Shown: positions 28,281 to 38,305 of the stretch, in pieces
Position numbering within the stretch: position 1 is the stretch's first letter
How the letters are laid out: every line of letters starts with the position of its first letter
IMG/VR virus record: IMGVR_UViG_3300031746_000008
Location: 17,725-81,724 of that record
From: a virus
Lineage: Duplodnaviria; Caudoviricetes
Length of the DNA: 64,000 bases
Direction: 5' to 3' (one strand)
Translations under genes and position numbers: made by a program
Notes under the pieces: model-generated
Told to the model about the DNA's origin: nothing
Databases searched by the model: none
Seen by the model: the letters and a program-made list of their open reading frames with translations, nothing else

Positions 28281-29015
28281 ATGAAAAAAAGTTTTCTTCA
28301 AAACAATAAAAAATTATTAACGTCGTATTTTGTATGTCTTGTGATGGTGTGTGTGACAGTATTTTTTCTCACAAGTACCCCTATTAAATCGACTCAAAAA
28401 ATGAACGATTCGGTAGTAAAAATAGAAACTGAGTTTGGATATGGTTCTGGGGTTATCATAGGTAAAGAAAAACAGGAAGAAAAATTTCTTTATTATGTCT
28501 TGACGGCCTTCCATCTAATAAATGGCCAGATACCTGAAGAAGACAAATTATCTTCACAAGAAATTCCATTTTTGTTAACTTCTTATAATGATAAAGAGGA
28601 GGTTGTAGGAGTTAATAATGGAACATTTTTTTCTAGTGACGAAAAATTAGATGTGATGGTAATTACTTTTTTGTCTACGCGAGATTTTGCTGTAACAAAA
28701 ATTTCTACGAATTATGAATTAATAAAAGAAGTTTATTCTTGTACTTGTCAATTATCGGAATTTCCATCTGTGACTAAAGGAATAATTTCAAGATTAGCGG
28801 GGCACTTTATAATTAGTGATGCTCAAATATCTCCAGGCTCAAGTGGCGGCGGATTATTTGTGAAATATGGTGACGAATATTGTTTAATCGGAGTTGCAGT
28901 ACAGGTAGCGATAAGAGGGGAGTATATCTTTTTCCATTGTTCTTATTATGTTTCTTCGAAATCATTTATCAGATTCTTAAAAGATAACAAGATTCCAATT
29001 GTGGTTCAGAATTAA
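28281..29015 (+). CDS. membrane-anchored trypsin-like serine protease
   Basis: N-terminal TM, GSGV, LTAFH, D, PGSSGGG. Confidence 0.88.
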   Translation: MKKSFLQNNKKLLTSYFVCLVMVCVTVFFLTSTPIKSTQKMNDSVVKIETEFGYGSGVIIGKEKQEEKFLYYVLTAFHLINGQIPEEDKLSSQEIPFLLTSYNDKEEVVGVNNGTFFSSDEKLDVMVITFLSTRDFAVTKISTNYELIKEVYSCTCQLSEFPSVTKGIISRLAGHFIISDAQISPGSSGGGLFVKYGDEYCLIGVAVQVAIRGEYIFFHCSYYVSSKSFIRFLKDNKIPIVVQN

Positions 29016-29787
29016 TAAAAATATGAATAAGCAGTGGTCAAGAGAAGACGAGATTTGGTTAATAAATAATTATAAATTAATGAAAATCCATGAATTATCT
29101 AAATATCTTGGAAGAACAATTCCTTCTATCAACAACAAACTAATCAAATTGAATTGTGCTAAGTCAATTGATAAAAAACATTGGACACAAAAAGATATAA
29201 ATTATTTAACAGATAATTATAAAAAAATATCTATAAAAACAATAGCCCAAACTTTGCATAGATCTAAAAAACAGGTATATTGTAAACTTTATGCTATTAA
29301 ACATTGTATAGGCAATGGTCGTAAAAGGGGTGGAGAAGAAGAAAATCAAAAACTTCTTATTTTATATAATGAAAATAAAAATTTAAATGAAATAAAAGAA
29401 ATACTTGGACTATCAATTAACTCTATAAGAACAAAATTAAGAAAATATCATATATCTTCATATAAAGAACGTAGTACAAAACTACGTTTTAGGTCAAAAA
29501 ATTTCTATTCATCTATCAAACAAGCAATGCAAAATGGGACTGTTGGATCAGAATGCTGTTTATGTAGATATAATTTGTGTATAGATTTGCACCACATAGA
29601 CGGGAACAGAGAAAACAACACCAAAGAAAATATTTCTTCTCTTTGTCCAAATCATCACAGAGAAATAGAAAGAGGAATGCATAAAGACAAAAAATTATAT
29701 TGTGTCTGGTGGAAAATTAATTCAGACGGTTCTCTTGGTGAAAAATTTGATAATAATTTAAATTCGAGATCATGTATAATTCAATAG
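28999..29787 (+). CDS. HNH endonuclease with HTH repeats
   Basis: WS/T..D...L..NY repeats; CCLC..DLHHIDGNRENN..EN...LCPNHH. Confidence 0.8.
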   Translation: MWFRINKNMNKQWSREDEIWLINNYKLMKIHELSKYLGRTIPSINNKLIKLNCAKSIDKKHWTQKDINYLTDNYKKISIKTIAQTLHRSKKQVYCKLYAIKHCIGNGRKRGGEEENQKLLILYNENKNLNEIKEILGLSINSIRTKLRKYHISSYKERSTKLRFRSKNFYSSIKQAMQNGTVGSECCLCRYNLCIDLHHIDGNRENNTKENISSLCPNHHREIERGMHKDKKLYCVWWKINSDGSLGEKFDNNLNSRSCIIQ

Positions 29788-29807
29788 TAGATTAAAAGGA
29801 GAATTAA

Positions 29808-30338
29808 TTGGACAGGATTTGTTGGGATGATTATTTTATGGGATTAACCCTATTTATTAGCAGGAAAAGTAAAGATAGTTCAACACGCCACGGTTGCCTT
29901 TTAGTAGATAAAAACAATAAAGCTGTCTCTTGGGGGTACAACGGAACACCTAGATCGTGCAAAGAGGAATTGCTTTCGCATTTGGCTCCAGACAAATATT
30001 TTGTCTATATCCACGGAGAATCCAATGCTCTACTCAACGCAAATTCTAGTGTAGAAGGATGCAAGGCATATATTTCTGGACATCCATGTGTTAGATGTTT
30101 ATGTTTATTGATGCAAGCCGGAATTAAAGAAATAATTTATGGTCCCGTAAAATCTAAAAATCCAGAAAGTCCGCATTTTAAAGAATCTGAAAATAAAATA
30201 ATTAAAAATTTATTAGATGGATATGATATTAAATTGAAAGAGTGGGAACCTCAAAATTTGAATTTATTAATTGAGGAATTCAAATCAATTATTAATATAT
30301 TAGAAGAAAATTATAAAACAATTGATATTCCATTTTAA
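29808..30338 (+). CDS. dCMP deaminase
   Basis: WDDYFM, GYNG.P, HGESNA, PCVRC. Confidence 0.92.
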   Translation: MDRICWDDYFMGLTLFISRKSKDSSTRHGCLLVDKNNKAVSWGYNGTPRSCKEELLSHLAPDKYFVYIHGESNALLNANSSVEGCKAYISGHPCVRCLCLLMQAGIKEIIYGPVKSKNPESPHFKESENKIIKNLLDGYDIKLKEWEPQNLNLLIEEFKSIINILEENYKTIDIPF

Positions 30339-30350
30339 AAATCCAAACTT

Positions 30351-30359
30351 GTGTATAAT
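30351..30359 (+). promoter_or_regulatory. GTGTATAAT promoter-like box upstream of the RNR operon
   Basis: Intergenic, followed by CAGGAG RBS. Confidence 0.5.
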
Positions 30360-30386
30360 CCCTAACAAGAAACAGGAGATCAAATT

Positions 30387-30692
30387 TTGAAAACAGCAGA
30401 AATTCATTTATTATATTTTAAACAGGGCGATGACTTACAAGCGTGTCTAGAGGGGGCGGATTATAATATTGTTCAAGGACTAGAAAATCATTCAGAAATG
30501 CTCAAATACTGTGGTCGTCATTTAGATAAAATTAGAAATCTTATTAAAAATAAATATTTTAAAGAAATTAAAAATATAAAAATAGATGCAGATTGTCATT
30601 TCATATCCATCGAAGGTCCAGACGATTTTATTGATGAATTAGTTGAAAAAGAACTCGCGGAAATTCACGAATACGAAGAAAGTATTGATTAG
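30387..30692 (+). CDS. hypothetical protein
   Basis: ORF; YFKQGDD, IDAD.H.I.I.GP. Confidence 0.65.
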   Translation: MKTAEIHLLYFKQGDDLQACLEGADYNIVQGLENHSEMLKYCGRHLDKIRNLIKNKYFKEIKNIKIDADCHFISIEGPDDFIDELVEKELAEIHEYEESID

Positions 30693-33600
30693 TGGAAAAT
30701 ACTCTCCCAATTTACGAACCTTCAGGATTCGCTCTTCAGATATTTAAAGATCGTTATGCGATAAGTCAAGACGAGGGATTCCAGGAAGCGTGTCGTCGTG
30801 TAGCTAACTTTATGGCAAGTGCAGAAGATGGAGAAAAAATAAAAGAATTTGAAAAAAAATTCTATGAAATATTGAGTCAGAATAGATTAGTTCCTGGCGG
30901 AAGAATATTCCGTGGGGCAGGACGAAAAAAATCTGCTATGCTTAATTGTTTCGTAGTAAAATGTGGTGACAGTAGAGAAGAATGGGCACAATTACTATAT
31001 GATATAACAGTAATTACAAGTCTTGGTGGTGGCGTTGGATGCAATTTTAGCTCAGTAAGACCAAGAGGAACACCAATAAAAGGCAGTGGTGGAACCGCTA
31101 CTGGGGCTGTAAGTTTGATGAAAATGGTAGATGGTATATGTAATGAATTAAGAGAAGGCGGCGGGAGAAGATGTCTCCCAAAGGGATCGCTAATACATAC
31201 TTATAACGGACTAATCAAAATTGAAAATATTAAAATTGGAGATATTGTACAAACGGGATTAAACAAATACGATAAAGTTATTGCATCTGAACGCACCGGA
31301 AATCAAGAAATAGTTTTAATTGATACACAAATGGGTATATTTAAATCTTCTTTAAATCATAGATGGGCTACTCTAAAAAATTTAACTGGTAAAGTAGAAT
31401 GGAAGCTTGCCAAAGATTTAATTTATGGGGACAGAATTTTATTTATTCCAGAAGAAATACAAGGGCATAAAACAAAATTGCCCGAATATAATTATATTAA
31501 ACCAAAAATGTCCACAACATGCAAGGATATTACAATACCGACCCTGGATACAGAAATTGCATGGCTTTTTGGATATTTGCATGGGAATGGATGTGTAGAA
31601 ATCTTAAACGAAGGAAACAAGGGCACTGTTTCATTTTCTTGTCCATATGATATTCCTGAAATACACAATAGAATTGTTAAAAATATAAAAAGATTCGGAG
31701 ATAATTTACATATAAATGATTACTTTCAAACGAAAGAAAAATGTAGTAAGCCTCGTGTTTGTTCAAAACAACTTGCAGAATACTTATCTCAATTTAAATT
31801 ACCCCACCAAACAATGAACGTGCCTGATTTTATTTTACAAGGATTGCCAGAAATTAGAAAGGCATACTTGGCGGGGTTATTAGATGCAGATGGATATCTT
31901 GGAAAAACAAAAAAGAAAACTTTGCCCAAAATAGCATCATCCGTCTATCCAGATTTTTTAAGACAAATAAGAGCCGTTCTTTCTTCTCTTGGTATAGTCT
32001 CTAAAACTAGACTTGATAGGGAAGCCACAGGAGAATGGAAAGACATGTATTCTGTTGCAGCATTTTCTTATTTTGGAATAGAAAAAATTAAAAATGATAT
32101 ATCTCCATATTCTTTAAAATATGCCAGAGATGGCATCCAAGAAAGAAAAAAGGAACAATTTTCATTAACAGTACCAAGAAAAATGTTACGAGAATATAAT
32201 AACAGAGGGAATTTTAGTCCTGCGTATTGGACAGATCTTAAGAATTCGGAAAAAGCAAAAATGGAGTGTAGTTGGAAAAAATTTATTTTGACAGAAGGAG
32301 ACAGAGATTTTCTTCCTATTAAAGTTTTAAGCATAACAAGACAAAATGAAAAAGAAGAAACATATGATATCCAGATTGAACATGATGCGAAATTTATATC
32401 CGAGGGATTATTGGTACATAATTCCGCGCTAATGTTTTGTTTAAGATACGATCATGGAGATATTGAAGAATTTTTACGTGTCAAATTAGACGAGAAGGAA
32501 TTAAATAATGCTAATATTAGCGTATTAATAGACGATAAATTTTTAGACTTAGTAGAAAAAGATAAAGATATAATATTGGAATGGGCAGGAAAAGAAATAA
32601 AAACTGTTAAAGCAAAATGGTTATATGACAAGATAATAGAAAATTCTTTGTCGTGCGGGGATCCTGGAATTTTATCTATAGGTAATGCAGATAAATATAA
32701 CAATATATGGTGGGTTGCTCCTATGTCATCCACTAACCCTTGTGGTGAACAATGGTTGCCGGTATATGATGCATGTACACTGGGATCAATAAATTTATCT
32801 GTCCATGTAACAAGTAACGATGAAATAAATTGGGACTTATTAGATGATACAATTCGTATGGGAGTAAGATTTCTAGATAATGTTTTAGACAAAAATGAAT
32901 ATCCCCTCGAAATAATTAAAAAAACATGTCAAAATCACAGAAGAATTGGGCTTGGAATTTTAGGCTTACATGATATGTTCCTTAAAATGGGAATAAAATA
33001 TAGTTCAGAAGAGGCATTGAAAATAACAGATAAAATTATGCTCTTTATAAAAAAGAAAGCTTATGAAGCAAGTGTTTTTTTGGGGGTGGAAAAGGGATCA
33101 TTCCCCCTTCTTGATAGGAAAAAATTCTTAGAAAGTGGATTTTGTAAAGAATGTTTGACTATATCTACAAGAAAAAAAATATTATCTTATGGGATTAGAA
33201 ATTGCGCGATATTATCTATACAACCAACTGGGACAACAAGTATAGTGGCTGGTTGTAGTTCTGGTATAGAGCCTTTATTCTCTCCGGTTTATCGCAGGAA
33301 TTTTAATAAACATAAAGATATTCATTCAAAACTTACAAATAAATCAACAGAAATTGTTATTCATCCACTATTAAAAGAATTTATAGAAAAGGGAAAAGAT
33401 TATTCTCATTTTGAGGGTGCTCACGAAATATCCCCAGAGCAACACTGTAAAATACAATCAATATGCCAGAAACATATAGACGGAGCCATCTCGAAAACTA
33501 TAAATTTGCCCAAAGATACAACAAAAAATCAATTATCAAATTTAATTAAAAAGTATATGTATGATCTCAAAGGAATAAGTATTTTCCGAGATGGAAGCAA

Positions 33601-33721
33601 GGGCGAAAGTCCACTAATGCCTCTTCCAACAAAAGAAGCAGAAAAATATTTAAAAGAAATCACAACAAAGGTAGAATCTACTGACAATAGTTGTCTTAAT
33701 GGGAAATGCTCATTAGAATAA
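30692..33721 (+). CDS. nrdJ: class II ribonucleotide reductase with intein
   Basis: PGGR, NCFV, GGGVG, TNPCGEQ, CTLGSINL, PTGT, SKTIN, C-terminal Cys pair; no small subunit in the window. Confidence 0.9.
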   Translation: MENTLPIYEPSGFALQIFKDRYAISQDEGFQEACRRVANFMASAEDGEKIKEFEKKFYEILSQNRLVPGGRIFRGAGRKKSAMLNCFVVKCGDSREEWAQLLYDITVITSLGGGVGCNFSSVRPRGTPIKGSGGTATGAVSLMKMVDGICNELREGGGRRCLPKGSLIHTYNGLIKIENIKIGDIVQTGLNKYDKVIASERTGNQEIVLIDTQMGIFKSSLNHRWATLKNLTGKVEWKLAKDLIYGDRILFIPEEIQGHKTKLPEYNYIKPKMSTTCKDITIPTLDTEIAWLFGYLHGNGCVEILNEGNKGTVSFSCPYDIPEIHNRIVKNIKRFGDNLHINDYFQTKEKCSKPRVCSKQLAEYLSQFKLPHQTMNVPDFILQGLPEIRKAYLAGLLDADGYLGKTKKKTLPKIASSVYPDFLRQIRAVLSSLGIVSKTRLDREATGEWKDMYSVAAFSYFGIEKIKNDISPYSLKYARDGIQERKKEQFSLTVPRKMLREYNNRGNFSPAYWTDLKNSEKAKMECSWKKFILTEGDRDFLPIKVLSITRQNEKEETYDIQIEHDAKFISEGLLVHNSALMFCLRYDHGDIEEFLRVKLDEKELNNANISVLIDDKFLDLVEKDKDIILEWAGKEIKTVKAKWLYDKIIENSLSCGDPGILSIGNADKYNNIWWVAPMSSTNPCGEQWLPVYDACTLGSINLSVHVTSNDEINWDLLDDTIRMGVRFLDNVLDKNEYPLEIIKKTCQNHRRIGLGILGLHDMFLKMGIKYSSEEALKITDKIMLFIKKKAYEASVFLGVEKGSFPLLDRKKFLESGFCKECLTISTRKKILSYGIRNCAILSIQPTGTTSIVAGCSSGIEPLFSPVYRRNFNKHKDIHSKLTNKSTEIVIHPLLKEFIEKGKDYSHFEGAHEISPEQHCKIQSICQKHIDGAISKTINLPKDTTKNQLSNLIKKYMYDLKGISIFRDGSKGESPLMPLPTKEAEKYLKEITTKVESTDNSCLNGKCSLE
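31172..32422 (+). mobile_element. intein (417 aa) with LAGLIDADG endonuclease
   Basis: GGRR|CLPKGS...NHRW...GYLHGNG...AGLLDADG...TYDIQ..LLVHN|SA. Confidence 0.93.
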
Positions 33722-33725
33722 GGGT

Positions 33726-34913
33726 GTGAATTTAGTGAATGATGAAAGAAAAAATCTCCAAGAAGCTGTAGATTCAGTAAAGAAATATGGTTCTATTGCG
33801 GCAGCGGCAAAAGTTTTGAAAATACCTAGAAAAACTTTGTCAGGAAGATACAACAAGGCACTGGATAAAGGATATGTTTCTGGAACCCCCATGCTTTCAA
33901 CAGAACAGGAAATAGGATTAGATTCAAAATTAAAAACGGTGGTTAGAGAAAAAAGAGATCTTCAGAAAAAATACGAAGAACTTCTAAAACTTTTTGAGTA
34001 CCAGTCTGGACAAATTAATACAATAGAATTGTTTAGTAAAAATATAGATTTAATTCAACACGAAAAAATTAAAATAGTTTCTGAAGGAAAGCCCTCCGAA
34101 TCAACAGCTATTATTTTATGCTCCGATTTACACTATGAAGAAACCGTTGATCCTAGAACGGTAGACGGTTTAAATGAATATAATATAACAATAGCAAAAG
34201 AGAGATTCCATAAAGTGTTTCAGAATGGATTAAAATTAATAGAAATGTGCAGAAGTAAATCAAATATTAAAAAACTTGTCTTGTGGCTAGGGGGAGACTT
34301 GATATCGGGTTATATTCATGAGGAGCTTGTGGAAAACAACGCCATGAGTCCAATAGAGGCAAGTATAGATGTTTATAAACTATGTGTTTCAGCAATAGAT
34401 TTTCTGATAGAAGCCGGAGATTTCAACGAGATAGTAATAGTAACAAGCGTAGGCAACCACTCTCGTACTACAGAAAAAATTAGAATATCCACCTGCGTGG
34501 AAAACAATTACGAATGGCTAATATACAATTTCTTGTCAAGCCACTACGAAAAATCAGATATAATTAAGTTTAAACTATCTAGAGGATATTTTAATTATTT
34601 AGATATATATGACTATACCGTAAGATTTCATCACGGAAACTTCATAAGATACTCTGGTGGCGTGGGGGGTATTAGTATACCCATTAATAAGGCAATAGCC
34701 CAATGGAACCAGGGTAAATATGCTGATCTAGATGTCTTTGGGCATTGGCACCAAAGATTGTCAAGCAAGAATTTTATAGTAAATGGATCAATAATTGGGT
34801 ATGGGCCTTATAGTCTTAGTATAAAGGCCGCGTTTGAAAAGCCCCAACAATCATTCTTTTTGGTACATCCGATATGGGGCAAAACCGTAGAAGCTCCTAT
34901 TTTTGTGGATTAA
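33726..34913 (+). CDS. metallophosphoesterase with N-terminal HTH
   Basis: SDLH, GGDL, GNH, HHG, GHWH. Confidence 0.85.
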   Translation: MNLVNDERKNLQEAVDSVKKYGSIAAAAKVLKIPRKTLSGRYNKALDKGYVSGTPMLSTEQEIGLDSKLKTVVREKRDLQKKYEELLKLFEYQSGQINTIELFSKNIDLIQHEKIKIVSEGKPSESTAIILCSDLHYEETVDPRTVDGLNEYNITIAKERFHKVFQNGLKLIEMCRSKSNIKKLVLWLGGDLISGYIHEELVENNAMSPIEASIDVYKLCVSAIDFLIEAGDFNEIVIVTSVGNHSRTTEKIRISTCVENNYEWLIYNFLSSHYEKSDIIKFKLSRGYFNYLDIYDYTVRFHHGNFIRYSGGVGGISIPINKAIAQWNQGKYADLDVFGHWHQRLSSKNFIVNGSIIGYGPYSLSIKAAFEKPQQSFFLVHPIWGKTVEAPIFVD

Positions 34914-34917
34914 AATT

Positions 34918-34977
34918 ATGCGCAAACTTATTGATTTAACCGGACAAGTGTTTGGAAAACTAGAAGTTGTAATATGA
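34918..34977 (+). pseudogene. 19-aa stub of a DLTGQRFG-family endonuclease
   Basis: MRKLIDLTGQVFGKLEVVI*. Confidence 0.75.
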
Positions 34978-35060
34978 TGAGATGTACAAAAATATACAAC
35001 TTCCAATTAAAAATACAAATCCATTGTGGAAATATTTAAATGCATAATAAAGGAAAATAA

Positions 35061-36089
35061 ATGAAAAAGAAAAATTTAACAAAGAAAACAAAAATAACAA
35101 ACAAAGATGGAGTAGAAACTATTGCTATTGACACAAAAGAAGAATTAAAGAATGTTGCAAATTCATTACAGCTTGTAAAACTTAAGTGTGATATTATAAC
35201 TAATAAATTTCTTTGCCACAAAGAACAAGAAGTAGTAGAAGCAATACTTGAAATGGCAGAAGAATTTAAGAAAGATAAGAAAGAAGATATAAAATCCGAT
35301 AATTCTTTTGAAGCACTTGGCGAACTTGTTGAAGAATATGTTAAAGATAAATTTTTTAGTGCCGAAATTTTAGAGAGTATAGTTTTCATTTTTCAAACAT
35401 GTTCTGCCATTGCTATTGCCGATTCGTTTAATAATGATGCCCTTAAACAAGTATATGACGATGATCAAAATTTTACAATTGCTCTTGGAATTACTGTTCT
35501 TGCAGAAGGTATCTATAGTGGAGCAAAAAGAATATTAACAGGAGACGACGAAGAAGAGGAACCAGAAGAAGATTTAACAGGCCAAAAATTTGGTAATTTG
35601 ACAGTTCTTCGAAAAGCAACTGAAGAAGAGGTTGCCGAGGCAGAAGCGAATGGGGCTTTGGATGAATGTTGTTGTGAAAACGAAGAAAATGATTCAGAAA
35701 TAGAAGAGGAAGAGGAGATAGATGAGTACGATCTTATTCATAACGACAGATATATGGGGAGAAACAGTATAGTCACTCGCAGAGCTACAGAAGAAGACGT
35801 TAAAAAATTAGGTAAACATGGTGTTAAATTGGGATATCCATTAGAGTGGAGATCAACTATAGAAGAAGATATAGAGGAAGCTAAAGCAAATGGAACTTTT
35901 GAAAAAAGAATGATTAAAACTTATAAGGCTTACGAAGACACGCTCGGAAGATATGAAGATCCAGACCACGCCGAATACAAAGACTATGGAGGGAAAGGGG
36001 TCGGGTTAGCCACCGACTGCGACTGGAAAGAGCCAAAGGGTAAAGGTTTTGAAAATTTTCTAAAACACAATGGACTAGAACCAGAATAA
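35061..36089 (+). CDS. acidic chimeric protein containing HNH-family motifs but no nuclease site
   Basis: DLTGQKFGNLTV and YKDYGGKGV..DWKEPKGKGFENFLK amid poly-E tracts. Confidence 0.75.
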   Translation: MKKKNLTKKTKITNKDGVETIAIDTKEELKNVANSLQLVKLKCDIITNKFLCHKEQEVVEAILEMAEEFKKDKKEDIKSDNSFEALGELVEEYVKDKFFSAEILESIVFIFQTCSAIAIADSFNNDALKQVYDDDQNFTIALGITVLAEGIYSGAKRILTGDDEEEEPEEDLTGQKFGNLTVLRKATEEEVAEAEANGALDECCCENEENDSEIEEEEEIDEYDLIHNDRYMGRNSIVTRRATEEDVKKLGKHGVKLGYPLEWRSTIEEDIEEAKANGTFEKRMIKTYKAYEDTLGRYEDPDHAEYKDYGGKGVGLATDCDWKEPKGKGFENFLKHNGLEPE

Positions 36090-36090
36090 A

Positions 36091-36816
36091 ATGTTTGACA
36101 TAATTTCTTATTGCTCAGCAAGTTATTTTTCAAAACTAGAAAAAACACTTAAAAATTGGAACGACCAATCTTCCGTAGAAAATATTTTTATCTACACAAA
36201 CGAAATAGATCAATCTGATCTTAACAAGTATAAAAATTTAAATAGAGTAAAATTTATTGAAATATTTGATGATGATTCGACATGTTTTGGTATAAATTGC
36301 GCAAGAAAGGCTGAATCATTAAAATATTTTATTAATAATAATAAATTTGAAAATATTCTTCTTTTAGATATTGATTGCTTAATTGTGAAGGATCTTAATA
36401 ATTTATTCAAAGAAAATGCAAATATTTTTGTTACAATTTATCCGGAAGTCAAGGAAAAATATAGAACAAATAATATAAGCGCAGGGTTCGTAGCACTTAA
36501 AAATTGTGATCAAATAAAAGATTTTATAAACCAGTGGGTAGAAAGACAAAAAAGTTTACATAGCGCTCCGTCGAGAGACCAGAGAGCACTTTCGGAATTG
36601 ATTACAGATTTATACAAAAATAAAAACGATATCTATAAAATCAAACTTTTAAACGGAAATGTGTTCAACTCACATCCATGTTCTGGTAGCAAAGGATATA
36701 TAGAGGAGTGGTTACATAGAATTAGAATCAACAAGCCATATATTTTACACTTTGCTTCGGGTTCAATAGATTCACAAGATATAATAGATAAAGCAATAAT
36801 AGCAGGTGGAGAATAA
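36091..36816 (+). CDS. GT-A fold glycosyltransferase
   Basis: LLDID, SAGFV, DQ.AL, ILHF. Confidence 0.75.
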   Translation: MFDIISYCSASYFSKLEKTLKNWNDQSSVENIFIYTNEIDQSDLNKYKNLNRVKFIEIFDDDSTCFGINCARKAESLKYFINNNKFENILLLDIDCLIVKDLNNLFKENANIFVTIYPEVKEKYRTNNISAGFVALKNCDQIKDFINQWVERQKSLHSAPSRDQRALSELITDLYKNKNDIYKIKLLNGNVFNSHPCSGSKGYIEEWLHRIRINKPYILHFASGSIDSQDIIDKAIIAGGE

Positions 36817-37207
36817 AATGAACAATAATTCAATAGAATTTATGATAATAAAAGATAATAAACATTTTAATAAAATGGGTGTCATAGGTTCAAGAACTTT
36901 TAGTAATTATAAATATATGAAAGAGATTCTTGATAGTTTTCCTTTTTCTAAAATTGTAAGTGGAGGCGCGAAAGGCGCAGATAGTCTCGCAAGAAGATAC
37001 GCAGAAGAAAAAAATATTCCTATAACAGAAATTTTACCAGATTGGAATCAATATGGAAAAAGCGCCGGGTTCAAAAGAAATAAATCAATAATAGATCAAT
37101 CAGACGCCATCATAGCTTTTTGGGACGGTAATTCCAAAGGAACGGCGCATAGTGTTCGTCTTGCTAAAGAAGTCGGGAAAAACGTTTACGTATTTTGGAA
37201 GGAGTAA
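36806..37207 (+). CDS. YspA/DUF2493 SLOG-family protein
   Basis: IGSR.F, IVSGGAKGAD, W..YGKSAG.KRN, FWDG.SKGT. Confidence 0.9.
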   Translation: MENKMNNNSIEFMIIKDNKHFNKMGVIGSRTFSNYKYMKEILDSFPFSKIVSGGAKGADSLARRYAEEKNIPITEILPDWNQYGKSAGFKRNKSIIDQSDAIIAFWDGNSKGTAHSVRLAKEVGKNVYVFWKE

Positions 37208-37208
37208 A

Positions 37209-37382
37209 ATGAAAAAAATTATATGCGCATCAATTTTATTTTGGTTAATTATACTTGGATTAATAATTTTTGGAACTGGTTGCGACATAGATTTTGTGAC
37301 AGATACAGTATATGTTCCATCTCCAATATATTATATCGAAGAACCATGTTGTAATGATTATATTGAGATTTGGACCTATTAA
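37209..37382 (+). CDS. small putative lipoprotein
   Basis: AAGGAG RBS; MKK-hydrophobic-GTGC. Confidence 0.55.
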   Translation: MKKIICASILFWLIILGLIIFGTGCDIDFVTDTVYVPSPIYYIEEPCCNDYIEIWTY

Positions 37383-38305
37383 TGGCCGATATTAAATTAC
37401 AATTTGCTTGGTCCGAAAGTCGCGTAAAACTTCTTAGAGAATGCGCTTATAAATATTTTCTTAATTATTACGAAAGTTGGGAAGGTTGGCACAAAAACGC
37501 TCCACAAAGAAAACAACAGGCATATTTATTAAAGCAATTAACGAACAAACACATGTGGCCCGGAAGTATTGTGCATGAAGTAATAGAACACGTAATCAAA
37601 ACTTACAAGTTAACTGGAAATTGGTTATCTTTGCAAGATGCAAAAAATCTAGGATTAAATAAATTACGATCTGGGTGGGTTTCTTCTACGAAAAAAGAAT
37701 GGAAAAATAATCCAAAATCAACAAATTTGTTTGAACATTATTATAAAGATGGGTTGTCAAAAGAAGAAACAGATAAGTGTAAAAAAATAGTTTTAGATTC
37801 TATTCGTGGTTTTTATATATCTAAAATGGCTGAAATTATACAAACTCTTAAAAAAGAGGATTGGATCGCTTTAGAAGATTTTCAAAAATTTGAAATGGAC
37901 GACAAAAGCGAGGTTTCAGTAAAAATAGACTGTGGTTTTAAATATCAAGAAAAAGTTTATTTAATTGACTGGAAAACCGGCAAGGTAAACGATAATGTTA
38001 TAGATCAACTCATAACGTATAGTATGTATGCCCTTAAAAAAGGATTCGCCAAAAAATTATCAGATATAGTTATAGTGCCGGTTTATCTTATGCACATGGC
38101 AGAAGTCGGGGAATTAGAATTAACTATAAACAAACAACAACTTCTTGGTCACGCATCAGTAATTAAAAATGAATCAGTAATATTAAATCAAGCCCATAAC
38201 AATAGGGACAATGAAAAATATTTTGAAATGACAGAAAATACCAAGAAGTGTGTTTATTGTAACTTCAAAGAAATTTGTCCAAACGGAAAGCAATATGGTC
38301 ATTAA
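37370..38305 (+). CDS. PD-(D/E)XK nuclease (RecB/Cas4-like)
   Basis: SES....EC.YKY, G..VH, KID, IDWKTG, QL..Y, C.YC.F...C. Confidence 0.85.
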   Translation: MDLLMADIKLQFAWSESRVKLLRECAYKYFLNYYESWEGWHKNAPQRKQQAYLLKQLTNKHMWPGSIVHEVIEHVIKTYKLTGNWLSLQDAKNLGLNKLRSGWVSSTKKEWKNNPKSTNLFEHYYKDGLSKEETDKCKKIVLDSIRGFYISKMAEIIQTLKKEDWIALEDFQKFEMDDKSEVSVKIDCGFKYQEKVYLIDWKTGKVNDNVIDQLITYSMYALKKGFAKKLSDIVIVPVYLMHMAEVGELELTINKQQLLGHASVIKNESVILNQAHNNRDNEKYFEMTENTKKCVYCNFKEICPNGKQYGH

